Assembly (NCBI GenBank): GCA_036867785.1
Contig: CP145419.1
Span: forward strand, 1-64,000
Source: Plasmodiophora brassicae
Taxonomy: Eukaryota
Direction of reading: 5' to 3'
DNA length: 64,000 nucleotides
Shown here one piece after another: positions 1-13,192 of the stretch. The position numbers were made by a program, and so were the translations under genes. Each line of letters begins with the position of its first letter. Position 1 is the first letter of the stretch. Below the pieces are notes generated by a model that saw only the letters and a program-made list of their open reading frames with translations, searched no databases and was not told the origin of the DNA.

Positions 1-381
1 CCCTAAAAAACCCTAAAACCCTAAGCCCTAAAACCCTAAAAACCCTAAAAACCCTAAAACCCTAAAACCCTAAAAAACCCTAAAACCCTAAAACCCTAAA
101 ACCCTAAAACCCTAAAACCCTAAAACCCTAAAACCCTAAAACCCTAAAACCCTAAAACCCTAAAACCCTAAAACCCTAAAACCCTAAAACCCTAAAACCC
201 TAAAACCCTAAAACCCTAAAACCCTAAAACCCTAAAACCCTAAAACCCTAAAACCCTAAAACCCTAAAACCCTAAAACCCTAAAACCCTAAAAACCCTAA
301 AAAACCCTAAAACCCTAAAACCCTAAAACCCTAAAAAACCCTAAAAACCCTAAAAACCCTAAAAACCCTAAAAAACCCTAA
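1..381. repeat. Telomere, (CCCTAAAA)n = (TTTTAGGG)n, with 5-6 A variants at both edges
   Basis: Continuous CCCTAAAA tandem array from base 1, C-rich strand at the 5' end as expected for a left chromosome end. Confidence 0.98.
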
Positions 382-3300
382 CAGCCGCGTCTCGAATCGA
401 CTGGCAACCGGCACACGTACTGAAAGGGCGTTGGAAATGCTTTCCGATGCACCTGGTTTCTGAGCAATATGGAATTTCCCGAAGGCGAACAGCACGCAGA
501 TGCACAGCAGTTCTCAGCGGACGCCGTCACCGCCGCCGACCAACTGTCAACAGCCGCGTCTCGAATCGACAGGCAACCGGCACACGTACTGAAAGGGCGT
601 TGGAAATGCTGTCCGATGCTCCTGGTTTCAGAGCAATATGGAATTTCCCGACGGCGAACAGCACGCAGATGCACAGCAGTTCTCGGCGGACGCCGTCACC
701 GCCGCCGACCAACTGTCAACAGCCGCGTCTCGAATCGACAGGCAACCGGCACACGTACTGAAAGGGCGTTGGAAATGCTGTCCGATGCTCCTGGTTTCAG
801 AGCAATATGGAATTTCCCGACGGCGAACAGCACGCAGATGCACAGCAGTTCTCGGCGGACGCCGTCACCGCCGCCGACCAACTGTCAACAGCCGCGTCTC
901 GAATCGACAGGCAACCGGCACACGTACTGAAAGGGCGTTGGAAATGCTGTCCGATGCTCCTGGTTTCAGAGCAATATGGAATTTCCCGACGGCGAACAGC
1001 ACGCAGATGCACAGCAGTTCTCGGCGGACGCCGTCACCGCCGCCGACCAACTGTCAACAGCCGCGTCTCGAATCGACAGGCAACCGGCACACGTACTGAA
1101 AGGGCGTTGGAAATGCTGTCCGATGCTCCTGGTTTCAGAGCAATATGGAATTTCCCGACGGCGAACAGCACGCAGATGCACAGCAGTTCTCGGCGGACGC
1201 CGTCACCGCCGCCGACCAACTGTCAACAGCCGCGTCTCGAATCGACAGGCAACCGGCACACGTACTGAAAGGGCGTTGGAAATGCTGTCCGATGCTCCTG
1301 GTTTCAGAGCAATATGGAATTTCCCGACGGCGAACAGCACGCAGATGCACAGCAGTTCTCAGCGGACGCCGTCACCGCCGCCGACCAACTGTCAACAGCC
1401 GCGTCTCGAATCGACAGGCAACCGGCACACGTACTGAAAGGGCGTTGGAAATGCTGTCCGATGCACCTGGTTTCAGAGCAATATGGAATTTCCCGAAGGC
1501 GAACAGCACGCAGATGCACAGCAGTTCTCAGCGGACGCCGTCACCGCCGCCGACCAACTGTCAACAGCCGCGTCTCGAATCGACAGGCAACCGGCACACG
1601 TACTGAAAGGGCAGGAGAAATGCTATCAGCTGCACCTGGTTTCAGAGCAATATGGAATTTCCCGACGGCGAACAGCACGCAGATCCACAGCAGTTCTCAG
1701 CGGACGCCGTCACCGCCGCCGACCAACTGTCAACAGCCGCGTCTCGAATCGACAGGCAACCGGCACACGTACTGAAAGGGCGTTGGAAATGCTGTCCGAT
1801 TCTCCTGGTTTCAGAGCAATATGGAATTTCCCGAAGGCGAACAGCACGCAGATGCACAGCAGTTCTCAGCGGACGCCGTCACCGCCGCCGACCAACTGTC
1901 AACAGCCGCGTCTCGAATCGACAGGCAACCGGCACACGTACTGAAAGGGCGTTGGAAATGCTTTCCGATGCACCTGGTTTCTGAGCAATATGGAATTTCC
2001 CGAAGGCGAACAGCACGCAGATGCACAGCAGTTCTCAGCGGACGCCGTCACCGCCGCCGACCAACTGTCAACAGCCGCGTCTCGAATCGACAGGCAACCG
2101 GCACACGTACTGAAAGGGCAGGAGAAATGCTATCAGCTGCACCTGGTTTCAGAGCAATATGGAATATCCCGACGGCGAACAGCACGCAGATGCACAGCAG
2201 TTCTCAGCGGACGCCGTCACCGCCGCCGACCAACTGTCAACAGCCGCGTCTCGAATCGACAGGCAACCGGCACACGTACTGAAAGGGCGTTGGAAATGCT
2301 GTCCGATGCTCCTGGTTTCAGAGCAATATGGAATTTCCCGACGGCGAACAGCACGCAGATGCACAGCAGTTCTCGGCGGACGCCGTCACCGCCGCCGACC
2401 AACTGTCAACAGCCGCGTCTCGAATCGACAGGCAACCGGCACACGTACTGAAAGGGCGTTGGAAATGCTGTCCGATGCTCCTGGTTTCAGAGCAATATGG
2501 AATTTCCCGACGGCGAACAGCACGCAGATGCACAGCAGTTCTCGGCGGACGCCGTCACCGCCGCCGACCAACTGTCAACAGCCGCGTCTCGAATCGACAG
2601 GCAACCGGCACACGTACTGAAAGGGCGTTGGAAATGCTGTCCGATGCTCCTGGTTTCAGAGCAATATGGAATTTCCCGACGGCGAACAGCACGCAGATGC
2701 ACAGCAGTTCTCAGCGGACGCCGTCACCGCCGCCGACCAACTGTCAACAGCCGCGTCTCGAATCGACAGGCAACCGGCACACGTACTGAAAGGGCAGGAG
2801 AAATGCTATCAGCTGCACCTGGTTTCAGAGCAATATGGAATTTCCCGACGGCGAACAGCACGCAGATGCACAGCAGTTCTCAGCGGACGCCGTCACCGCC
2901 GCCGACCAACTGGCAACAGCCGCGTCTCGAATCGACAGGCAACCGGCACACGTACTGAAAGGGCGTTGGAAATGCTGTCCGATGCACCTGGTTTCAGAGC
3001 AATATGGAATTTCCCGAAGGCGAACAGCACGCAGATGCACAGCAGTTCTCAGCGGACGCCGTCACCGCCGCCGACCAACTGTCAACAGCCGCGTCTCGAA
3101 TCGACAGGCAACCGGCACACGTACTGAAAGGGCAGGAGAAATGCTATCAGCTGCACCTGGTTTCAGAGCAATATGGAATTTCCCGACGGCGAACAGCACG
3201 CAGATGCACAGCAGTTCTCAGCGGACGCCGTCACCGCCGCCGACCAACTGTCAACAGCCGCGTCTCGAATCGACAGGCAACCGGCACACGTACTGAAGGG

Positions 3301-6300
3301 GCAGCAGAAATGCTATCAGCTGCACCTGGTTTCAGAGCAATATGGAATTTCCCGACGGCGAACAGCACGCAGATGCACAGCAGTTCTCAGCGGACGCCGT
3401 CACCGCCGCCGACCAACTGTCAACAGCCGCGTCTCGAATCGACAGGCAACCGGCACACGTACTGAAAGGGCGTTGGAAATGCTGTCCGATGCTCCTGGTT
3501 TCAGAGCAATATGGAATTTCCCGACGGCGAACAGCACGCAGATGCACAGCAGTTCTCAGCGGACGCCGTCACCGCCGCCGACCAACTGTCAACAGCCGCG
3601 TCTCGAATCGACAGGCAACCGGCACACGTACTGAAAGGGCAGGAGAAATGCTATCAGCTGCACCTGGTTTCAGAGCAATATGGAATTTCCCGACGGCGAA
3701 CAGCACGCAGATGCACAGCAGTTCTCAGCGGACGCCGTCACCGCCGCCGACCAACTGTCAACAGCCGCGTCTCGAATCGACAGGCAACCGGCACACGTAC
3801 TGAAAGGGCGTTGGAAATGCTGTCCGATGCTCCTGGTTTCAGAGCAATATGGAATTTCCCGACGGTGAACAGCACGCAGATGCACAGCAGTTCTCAGCGG
3901 ACGCCGTCACCGCCGCCGACCAACTGTCAACAGCCGCGTCTCGAATCGACAGGCAACCGGCACACGTACTGAAAGGGCGTTGGAAATGCTGTCCGATGCT
4001 CCTGGTTTCAGAGCAATATGGAATTTCCCGACGGCGAACAGCACGCAGATGCACAGCAGTTCTCAGCGGACGCCGTCACCGCCGCCGACCAACTGTCAAC
4101 AGCCGCGTCTCGAATCGACAGGCAACCGGCACACGTACTGAAAGGGCGTTGGAAATGCTGTCCGATGCTCCTGGTTTCAGAGCAATATGGAATTTCCCGA
4201 CGGTGAACAGCACGCAGATGCACAGCAGTTCTCAGCGGACGCCGTCACCGCCGCCGACCAACTGTCAACAGCCGCGTCTCGAATCGACAGGCAACCGGCA
4301 CACGTACTGAAAGGGCGTTGGAAATGCTGTCCGATGCTCCTGGGTTCAGAGCAATATGGAATTTCCCGAAGGCGAACAGCACGCAGATGCACAGCAGTTC
4401 TCAGCGGACGCCGTCACCGCCGCCGACCAACTGTCAACAGCCGCGTCTCGAATCGACAGGCAACCGGCACACGTACTGAAAGGGCGTTGGAAATGCTGTC
4501 CGATGCTCCTGGTTTCAGAGCAATATGGAATTTCCCGACGGTGAACAGCACGCAGATGCACAGCAGTTCTCAGCGGACGCCGTCACCGCCGCCGACCAAC
4601 TGTCAACAGCCGCGTCTCGAATCGACAGGCAACCGGCACACGTACTGAAAGGGCGTTGGAAATGCTGTCCGATGCTCCTGGTTTCAGAGCAATATGGAAT
4701 TTCCCGACGGCGAACAGCACGCAGATGCACAGCAGTTCTCAGCGGACGCCGTCACCGCCGCCGACCAACTGTCAACAGCCGCGTCTCGAATCGACAGGCA
4801 ACCGGCACACGTACTGAAAGGGCGTTGGAAATGCTGTCCGATGCTCCTGGTTTCAGAGCAATATGGAATTTCCCGACGGCGAACAGCACGCAGATGCACA
4901 GCAGTTCTCAGCGGACGCCGTCACCGCCGCCGACCAACTGTCAACAGCCGCGTCTCGAATCGACAGGCAACCGGCACACGTACTGAAAGGGCGTTGGAAA
5001 TGCTGTCCGATGCTCCTGGGTTCAGAGCAATATGGAATTTCCCGAAGGCGAACAGCACGCAGATGCACAGCAGTTCTCAGCGGACGCCGTCACCGCCGCC
5101 GACCAACTGTCAACAGCCGCGTCTCGAATCGACAGGCAACCGGCACACGTACTGAAAGGGCGTTGGAAATGCTGTCCGATGCTCCTGGTTTCAGAGCAAT
5201 ATGGAATTTCCCGACGGCGAACAGCACGCAGATGCACAGCAGTTCTCAGCGGACGCCGTCACCGCCGCCGACCAACTGTCAACAGCCGCGTCTCGAATCG
5301 ACAGGCAACCGGCACACGTACTGAAAGGGCGTTGGAAATGCTGTCCGATGCTCCTGGTTTCAGAGCAATATGGAATTTCCCGACGGCGAACAGCACGCAG
5401 ATGCACAGCAGTTCTCAGCGGACGCCGTCACCGCCGCCGACCAACTGTCAACAGCCGCGTCTCGAATCGACAGGCAACCGGCACACGTACTGAAAGGGCG
5501 TTGGAAATGCTGTCCGATGCTCCTGGTTTCAGAGCAATATGGAATTTCCCGACGGTGAACAGCACGCAGATGCACAGCAGTTCTCAGCGGACGCCGTCAC
5601 CGCCGCCGACCAACTGTCAACAGCCGCGTCTCGAATCGACAGGCAACCGGCACACGTACTGAAAGGGCGTTGGAAATGCTGTCCGATGCTCCTGGGTTCA
5701 GAGCAATATGGAATTTCCCGAAGGCGAACAGCACGCAGATGCACAGCAGTTCTCAGCGGACGCCGTCACCGCCGCCGACCAACTGTCAACAGCCGCGTCT
5801 CGAATCGACAGGCAACCGGCACACGTACTGAAAGGGCGTTGGAAATGCTGTCCGATGCTCCTGGTTTCAGAGCAATATGGAATTTCCCGACGGTGAACAG
5901 CACGCAGATGCACAGCAGTTCTCAGCGGACGCCGTCACCGCCGCCGACCAACTGTCAACAGCCGCGTCTCGAATCGACAGGCAACCGGCACACGTACTGA
6001 AAGGGCGTTGGAAATGCTGTCCGATGCTCCTGGTTTCAGAGCAATATGGAATTTCCCGACGGCGAACAGCACGCAGATGCACAGCAGTTCTCAGCGGACG
6101 CCGTCACCGCCGCCGACCAACTGTCAACAGCCGCGTCTCGAATCGACAGGCAACCGGCACACGTACTGAAAGGGCGTTGGAAATGCTGTCCGATGCTCCT
6201 GGTTTCAGAGCAATATGGAATTTCCCGACGGCGAACAGCACGCAGATGCACAGCAGTTCTCAGCGGACGCCGTCACCGCCGCCGACCAACTGTCAACAGC

Positions 6301-9300
6301 CGCGTCTCGAATCGACAGGCAACCGGCACACGTACTGAAAGGGCGTTGGAAATGCTGTCCGATGCTCCTGGTTTCAGAGCAATATGGAATTTCCCGACGG
6401 TGAACAGCACGCAGATGCACAGCAGTTCTCAGCGGACGCCGTCACCGCCGCCGACCAACTGTCAACAGCCGCGTCTCGAATCGACAGGCAACCGGCACAC
6501 GTACTGAAAGGGCGTTGGAAATGCTGTCCGATGCTCCTGGGTTCAGAGCAATATGGAATTTCCCGAAGGCGAACAGCACGCAGATGCACAGCAGTTCTCA
6601 GCGGACGCCGTCACCGCCGCCGACCAACTGTCAACAGCCGCGTCTCGAATCGACAGGCAACCGGCACACGTACTGAAAGGGCGTTGGAAATGCTGTCCGA
6701 TGCTCCTGGTTTCAGAGCAATATGGAATTTCCCGACGGTGAACAGCACGCAGATGCACAGCAGTTCTCAGCGGACGCCGTCACCGCCGCCGACCAACTGT
6801 CAACAGCCGCGTCTCGAATCGACAGGCAACCGGCACACGTACTGAAAGGGCGTTGGAAATGCTGTCCGATGCTCCTGGTTTCAGAGCAATATGGAATTTC
6901 CCGAAGGCGAACAGCACGCAGATGCACAGCAGTTCTCAGCGGACGCCGTCGCCGCCGCCGACCAACTGTCAACAGCCGCGTCTCGAATCGACTGGCAACC
7001 GGCACACGTACTGAAAGGGCGTTGGAAATGCTGTCCGATGCTCCTGGTTTCAGAGCAATATGGAATTTCCCGACGGCGAACAGCACGCAGATGCACAGCA
7101 GTTCTCAGCGGACGCCGTCACCGCCGCCGACCAACTGTCAACAGCCGCGTCTCGAATCGACAGGCAACCGGCACACGTACTGAAAGGGCGTTGGAAATGC
7201 TGTCCGATGCTCCTGGTTTCAGAGCAATATGGAATTTCCCGACGGTGAACAGCACGCAGATGCACAGCAGTTCTCAGCGGACGCCGTCACCGCCGCCGAC
7301 CAACTGTCAACAGCCGCGTCTCGAATCGACAGGCAACCGGCACACGTACTGAAAGGGCGTTGGAAATGCTGTCCGATGCTCCTGGTTTCAGAGCAATATG
7401 GAATTTCCCGACGGTGAACAGCACGCAGATGCACAGCAGTTCTCAGCGGACGCCGTCACCGCCGCCGACCAACTGTCAACAGCCGCGTCTCGAATCGACA
7501 GGCAACCGGCACACGTACTGAAAGGGCGTTGGAAATGCTGTCCGATGCTCCTGGGTTCAGAGCAATATGGAATTTCCCGAAGGCGAACAGCACGCAGATG
7601 CACAGCAGTTCTCAGCGGACGCCGTCACCGCCGCCGACCAACTGTCAACAGCCGCGTCTCGAATCGACAGGCAACCGGCACACGTACTGAAAGGGCGTTG
7701 GAAATGCTGTCCGATGCTCCTGGTTTCAGAGCAATATGGAATTTCCCGACGGTGAACAGCACGCAGATGCACAGCAGTTCTCAGCGGACGCCGTCACCGC
7801 CGCCGACCAACTGTCAACAGCCGCGTCTCGAATCGACAGGCAACCGGCACACGTACTGAAAGGGCGTTGGAAATGCTGTCCGATGCTCCTGGTTTCAGAG
7901 CAATATGGAATTTCCCGAAGGCGAACAGCACGCAGATGCACAGCAGTTCTCAGCGGACGCCGTCGCCGCCGCCGACCAACTGTCAACAGCCGCGTCTCGA
8001 ATCGACTGGCAACCGGCACACGTACTGAAAGGGCGTTGGAAATGCTTTCCGATGCTCCTGGGTTCAGAGCAATATGGAATTTCCCGAAGGCGAACAGCAC
8101 GCAGATGCACAGCAGTTCTCAGCGGACGCCGTCACCGCCGCCGACCAACTGTCAACAGCCGCGTCTCGAATCGACAGGCAACCGGCACACGTACTGAAAG
8201 GGCGTTGGAAATGCTGTCCGATGCTCCTGGGTTCAGAGCAATATGGAATTTCCCGAAGGCGAACAGCACGCAGATGCACAGCAGTTCTCAGCGGACGCCG
8301 TCACCGCCGCCGACCAACTGTCAACAGCCGCGTCTCGAATCGACAGGCAACCGGCACACGTACTGAAAGGGCGTTGGAAATGCTGTCCGATGCTCCTGGT
8401 TTCAGAGCAATATGGAATTTCCCGACGGCGAACAGCACGCAGATGCACAGCAGTTCTCAGCGGACGCCGTCACCGCCGCCGACCAACTGTCAACAGCCGC
8501 GTCTCGAATCGACAGGCAACCGGCACACGTACTGAAAGGGCGTTGGAAATGCTGTCCGATGCTCCTGGTTTCAGAGCCCGGCACACGTACTGAAAGGGCG
8601 TTGGAAATGCTGTCCGATGCACCTGGTTTCAGAGCAATATGGAATTTCCCGAAGGCGAACAGCACGCAGATGCACAGCAGTTCTCAGCGGACGCCGTCGC
8701 CGCCGCCGACCAACTGTCAACAGCCGCGTCTCGAATCGACTGGCAACCGGCACACGTACTGAAAGGGCGTTGGAAATGCTTTCCGATGCACCTGGTTTCT
8801 GAGCAATATGGAATTTCCCGAAGGCGAACAGCACGCAGATGCACAGCAGTTCTCAGCGGACGCCGTCACCGCCGCCGACCAACTGTCAACAGCCGCGTCT
8901 CGAATCGACAGGCAACCGGCACACGTACTGAAAGGGCGTTGGAAATGCTGTCCGATGCTCCTGGTTTCAGAGCAATATGGAATTTCCCGACGGCGAACAG
9001 CACGCAGATGCACAGCAGTTCTCAGCGGACGCCGTCACCGCCGCCGACCAACTGTCAACAGCCGCGTCTCGAATCGACAGGCAACCGGCACACGTACTGA
9101 AAGGGCGTTGGAAATGCTGTCCGATGCTCCTGGTTTCAGAGCAATATGGAATTTCCCGACGGCGAACAGCACGCAGATGCACAGCAGTTCTCAGCGGACG
9201 CCGTCACCGCCGCCGACCAACTGTCAACAGCCGCGTCTCGAATCGACAGGCAACCGGCACACGTACTGAAAGGGCGTTGGAAATGCTGTCCGATGCTCCT

Positions 9301-12300
9301 GGTTTCAGAGCAATATGGAATTTCCCGACGGTGAACAGCACGCAGATGCACAGCAGTTCTCAGCGGACGCCGTCACCGCCGCCGACCAACTGTCAACAGC
9401 CGCGTCTCGAATCGACAGCACACGTACTGAAAGGGCGTTGGAAATGCTGTCCGATGCTCCTGGGTTCAGAGCAATATGGAATTTCCCGACGGCGAACAGC
9501 ACGCAGATGCACAGCAGTTCTCAGCGGACGCCGTCACCGCCGCCGACCAACTGTCAACAGCCGCGTCTCGAATCGACAGGCAACCGGCACACGTACTGAA
9601 AGGGCGTTGGAAATGCTGTCCGATGCTCCTGGTTTCAGAGCAATATGGAATTTCCCGACGGTGAACAGCACGCAGATGCACAGCAGTTCTCAGCGGACGC
9701 CGTCACCGCCGCCGACCAACTGTCAACAGCCGCGTCTCGAATCGACAGGCAACCGGCACACGTACTGAAAGGGCGTTGGAAATGCTGTCCGATGCTCCTG
9801 GGTTCAGAGCAATATGGAATTTCCCGAAGGCGAACAGCACGCAGATGCACAGCAGTTCTCAGCGGACGCCGTCACCGCCGCCGACCAACTGTCAACAGCC
9901 GCGTCTCGAATCGACAGGCAACCGGCACACGTACTGAAAGGGCGTTGGAAATGCTGTCCGATGCTCCTGGTTTCAGAGCAATATGGAATTTCCCGACGGT
10001 GAACAGCACGCAGATGCACAGCAGTTCTCAGCGGACGCCGTCACCGCCGCCGACCAACTGTCAACAGCCGCGTCTCGAATCGACAGGCAACCGGCACACG
10101 TACTGAAAGGGCGTTGGAAATGCTGTCCGATGCTCCTGGTTTCAGAGCAATATGGAATTTCCCGACGGCGAACAGCACGCAGATGCACAGCAGTTCTCAG
10201 CGGACGCCGTCACCGCCGCCGACCAACTGTCAACAGCCGCGTCTCGAATCGACAGGCAACCGGCACACGTACTGAAAGGGCGTTGGAAATGCTGTCCGAT
10301 GCTCCTGGTTTCAGAGCAATATGGAATTTCCCGACGGCGAACAGCACGCAGATGCACAGCAGTTCTCAGCGGACGCCGTCACCGCCGCCGACCAACTGTC
10401 AACAGCCGCGTCTCGAATCGACAGGCAACCGGCACACGTACTGAAAGGGCGTTGGAAATGCTGTCCGATGCTCCTGGTTTCAGAGCAATATGGAATTTCC
10501 CGACGGCGAACAGCACGCAGATGCACAGCAGTTCTCAGCGGACGCCGTCACCGCCGCCGACCAACTGTCAACAGCCGCGTCTCGAATCGACAGGCAACCG
10601 GCACACGTACTGAAAGGGCGTTGGAAATGCTGTCCGATGCTCCTGGTTTCAGAGCAATATGGAATTTCCCGACGGCGAACAGCACGCAGATGCACAGCAG
10701 TTCTCAGCGGACGCCGTCACCGCCGCCGACCAACTGTCAACAGCCGCGTCTCGAATCGACAGGCAACCGGCACACGTACTGAAAGGGCGTTGGAAATGCT
10801 GTCCGATGCTCCTGGTTTCAGAGCAATATGGAATTTCCCGACGGTGAACAGCACGCAGATGCACAGCAGTTCTCAGCGGACGCCGTCACCGCCGCCGACC
10901 AACTGTCAACAGCCGCGTCTCGAATCGACAGGCAACCGGCACACGTACTGAAAGGGCGTTGGAAATGCTGTCCGATGCTCCTGGGTTCAGAGCAATATGG
11001 AATTTCCCGAAGGCGAACAGCACGCAGATGCACAGCAGTTCTCAGCGGACGCCGTCACCGCCGCCGACCAACTGTCAACAGCCGCGTCTCGAATCGACAG
11101 GCAACCGGCACACGTACTGAAAGGGCGTTGGAAATGCTGTCCGATGCTCCTGGGTTCAGAGCAATATGGAATTTCCCGAAGGCGAACAGCACGCAGATGC
11201 ACAGCAGTTCTCAGCGGACGCCGTCACCGCCGCCGACCAACTGTCAACAGCCGCGTCTCGAATCGACAGGCAACCGGCACACGTACTGAAAGGGCGTTGG
11301 AAATGCTGTCCGATGCTCCTGGTTTCAGAGCAATATGGAATTTCCCGACGGTGAACAGCACGCAGATGCACAGCAGTTCTCAGCGGACGCCGTCACCGCC
11401 GCCGACCAACTGTCAACAGCCGCGTCTCGAATCGACAGGCAACCGGCACACGTACTGAAAGGGCGTTGGAAATGCTGTCCGATGCTCCTGGTTTCAGAGC
11501 AATATGGAATTTCCCGACGGCGAACAGCACGCAGATGCACAGCAGTTCTCAGCGGACGCCGTCACCGCCGCCGACCAACTGTCAACAGCCGCGTCTCGAA
11601 TCGACAGGCAACCGGCACACGTACTGAAAGGGCGTTGGAAATGCTGTCCGATGCTCCTGGTTTCAGAGCAATATGGAATTTCCCGACGGCGAACAGCACG
11701 CAGATGCACAGCAGTTCTCAGCGGACGCCGTCACCGCCGCCGACCAACTGTCAACAGCCGCGTCTCGAATCGACAGGCAACCGGCACACGTACTGAAAGG
11801 GCGTTGGAAATGCTGTCCGATGCTCCTGGTTTCAGAGCAATATGGAATTTCCCGACGGTGAACTGCACGCAGATGCACAGCAGTTCTCAGCGGACGCCGT
11901 CACCGCCGCCGACCAACTGTCAACAGCCGCGTCTCGAATCGACAGGCAACCGGCACACGTACTGAAAGGGCGTTGGAAATGCTGTCCGATGCTCCTGGGT
12001 TCAGAGCAATATGGAATTTCCCGAAGGCGAACAGCACGCAGATGCACAGCAGTTCTCAGCGGACGCCGTCACCGCCGCCGACCAACTGTCAACAGCCGCG
12101 TCTCGAATCGACAGGCAACCGGCACACGTACTGAAAGGGCGTTGGAAATGCTGTCCGATGCTCCTGGTTTCAGAGCAATATGGAATTTCCCGAACGCCGT
12201 CACCGCCGCCGACCAACTGTCAACAGCCGCGTCTCGAATCGACAGGCAACCGGCACACGTACTGAAAGGGCGTTGGAAATGCTGTCCGATGCTCCTGGTT

Positions 12301-12387
12301 TCAGAGCAATATGGAATTTACCGAAGGCGAACAGCACGCAGATGCACAGCAGTTCTCAGCGGACGCCGTCACCGCCGCCGACCAACT
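380..12387. repeat. Subtelomeric 169-bp tandem satellite, about 71 copies
   Basis: The ATGGAATTT motif recurs every 169 bp from 469 to 12311 (71 occurrences). Three deletion units: about 8577 (-111 bp), about 9418 (-8 bp), about 12194 (-38 bp). Confidence 0.98.
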
Positions 12388-13192
12388 AGATCTCCAGTGC
12401 GATCGGAGGGCGCTGACGATGCAAAGGCAACATAGAAATCACAGGATGAACAGCACGCATGTAGCGTCGCCTGGGTAACAGTGTATGGCAACCAACACGG
12501 CCATAAAGAAGGTACATCTTAGGGAACGAGGCCGGTCGGCTGGGTGCGGTTGTGCAGCTTCAGGGTCAAATCACCAGCAGCGCAGGAGGGTCACTGGGCA
12601 CGGATGGCATGAACACCTGGACACCGAATTCCGAGCGGGTACATCAGGACGGCGGCGTAAACCGACGCAATGCATGACGACGTCCGCACGCACGCCAGAC
12701 GTGGATGTAGTACAAACGGAAACGCGGTTCACCTGTCAGGGACCTTAGCCATGAGTCACACCGGCTAAACGAAGTGCTGCTGGCGCCGACGCATCGTGCC
12801 CAGACCCTGACTGAAATGCGGAAGGGCTGAAGCGGGCGCTCTAGCCATGGTTGATCATCAGGGCGCAGGTTTGCTGGAGAACGAGACGCCAGGCGATGCC
12901 ATCCATGATTCGCAGGCAGTGTCAAAAGAGTCCATACGCGGCATTTTGCGCACTCCCACGGAGTTCAGTTCTGACTTAGTGAAATCAGCAAATCTGCCCA
13001 AGCGGGCTACATTCTCGGTGATACGAAAAGAACGGTGGCACATGTGCCAAATGAAACAGCCCAGCTGCCTCTGATTTTTCCTGCTCTTTCCAACGGTACC
13101 GTTGTGCTCAGCTGATGGTGGCCCAAACTCGCAAACAACCCCTTGTAACGGGCACCCTCTGTACGCCCCTCCTCCCACACTAAACCCAAGCA

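Noticed and set aside
380-12387. CRISPR-like array
   Set aside because: There are no unique spacers, units are near-identical end to end, no cas genes are present and the context is eukaryotic.
378-12435. Dozens of 61-263 aa ORFs in the satellite
   Set aside because: By-products of a 169-bp (non-triplet) GC-rich repeat read through rotating frames; variants create stops freely.
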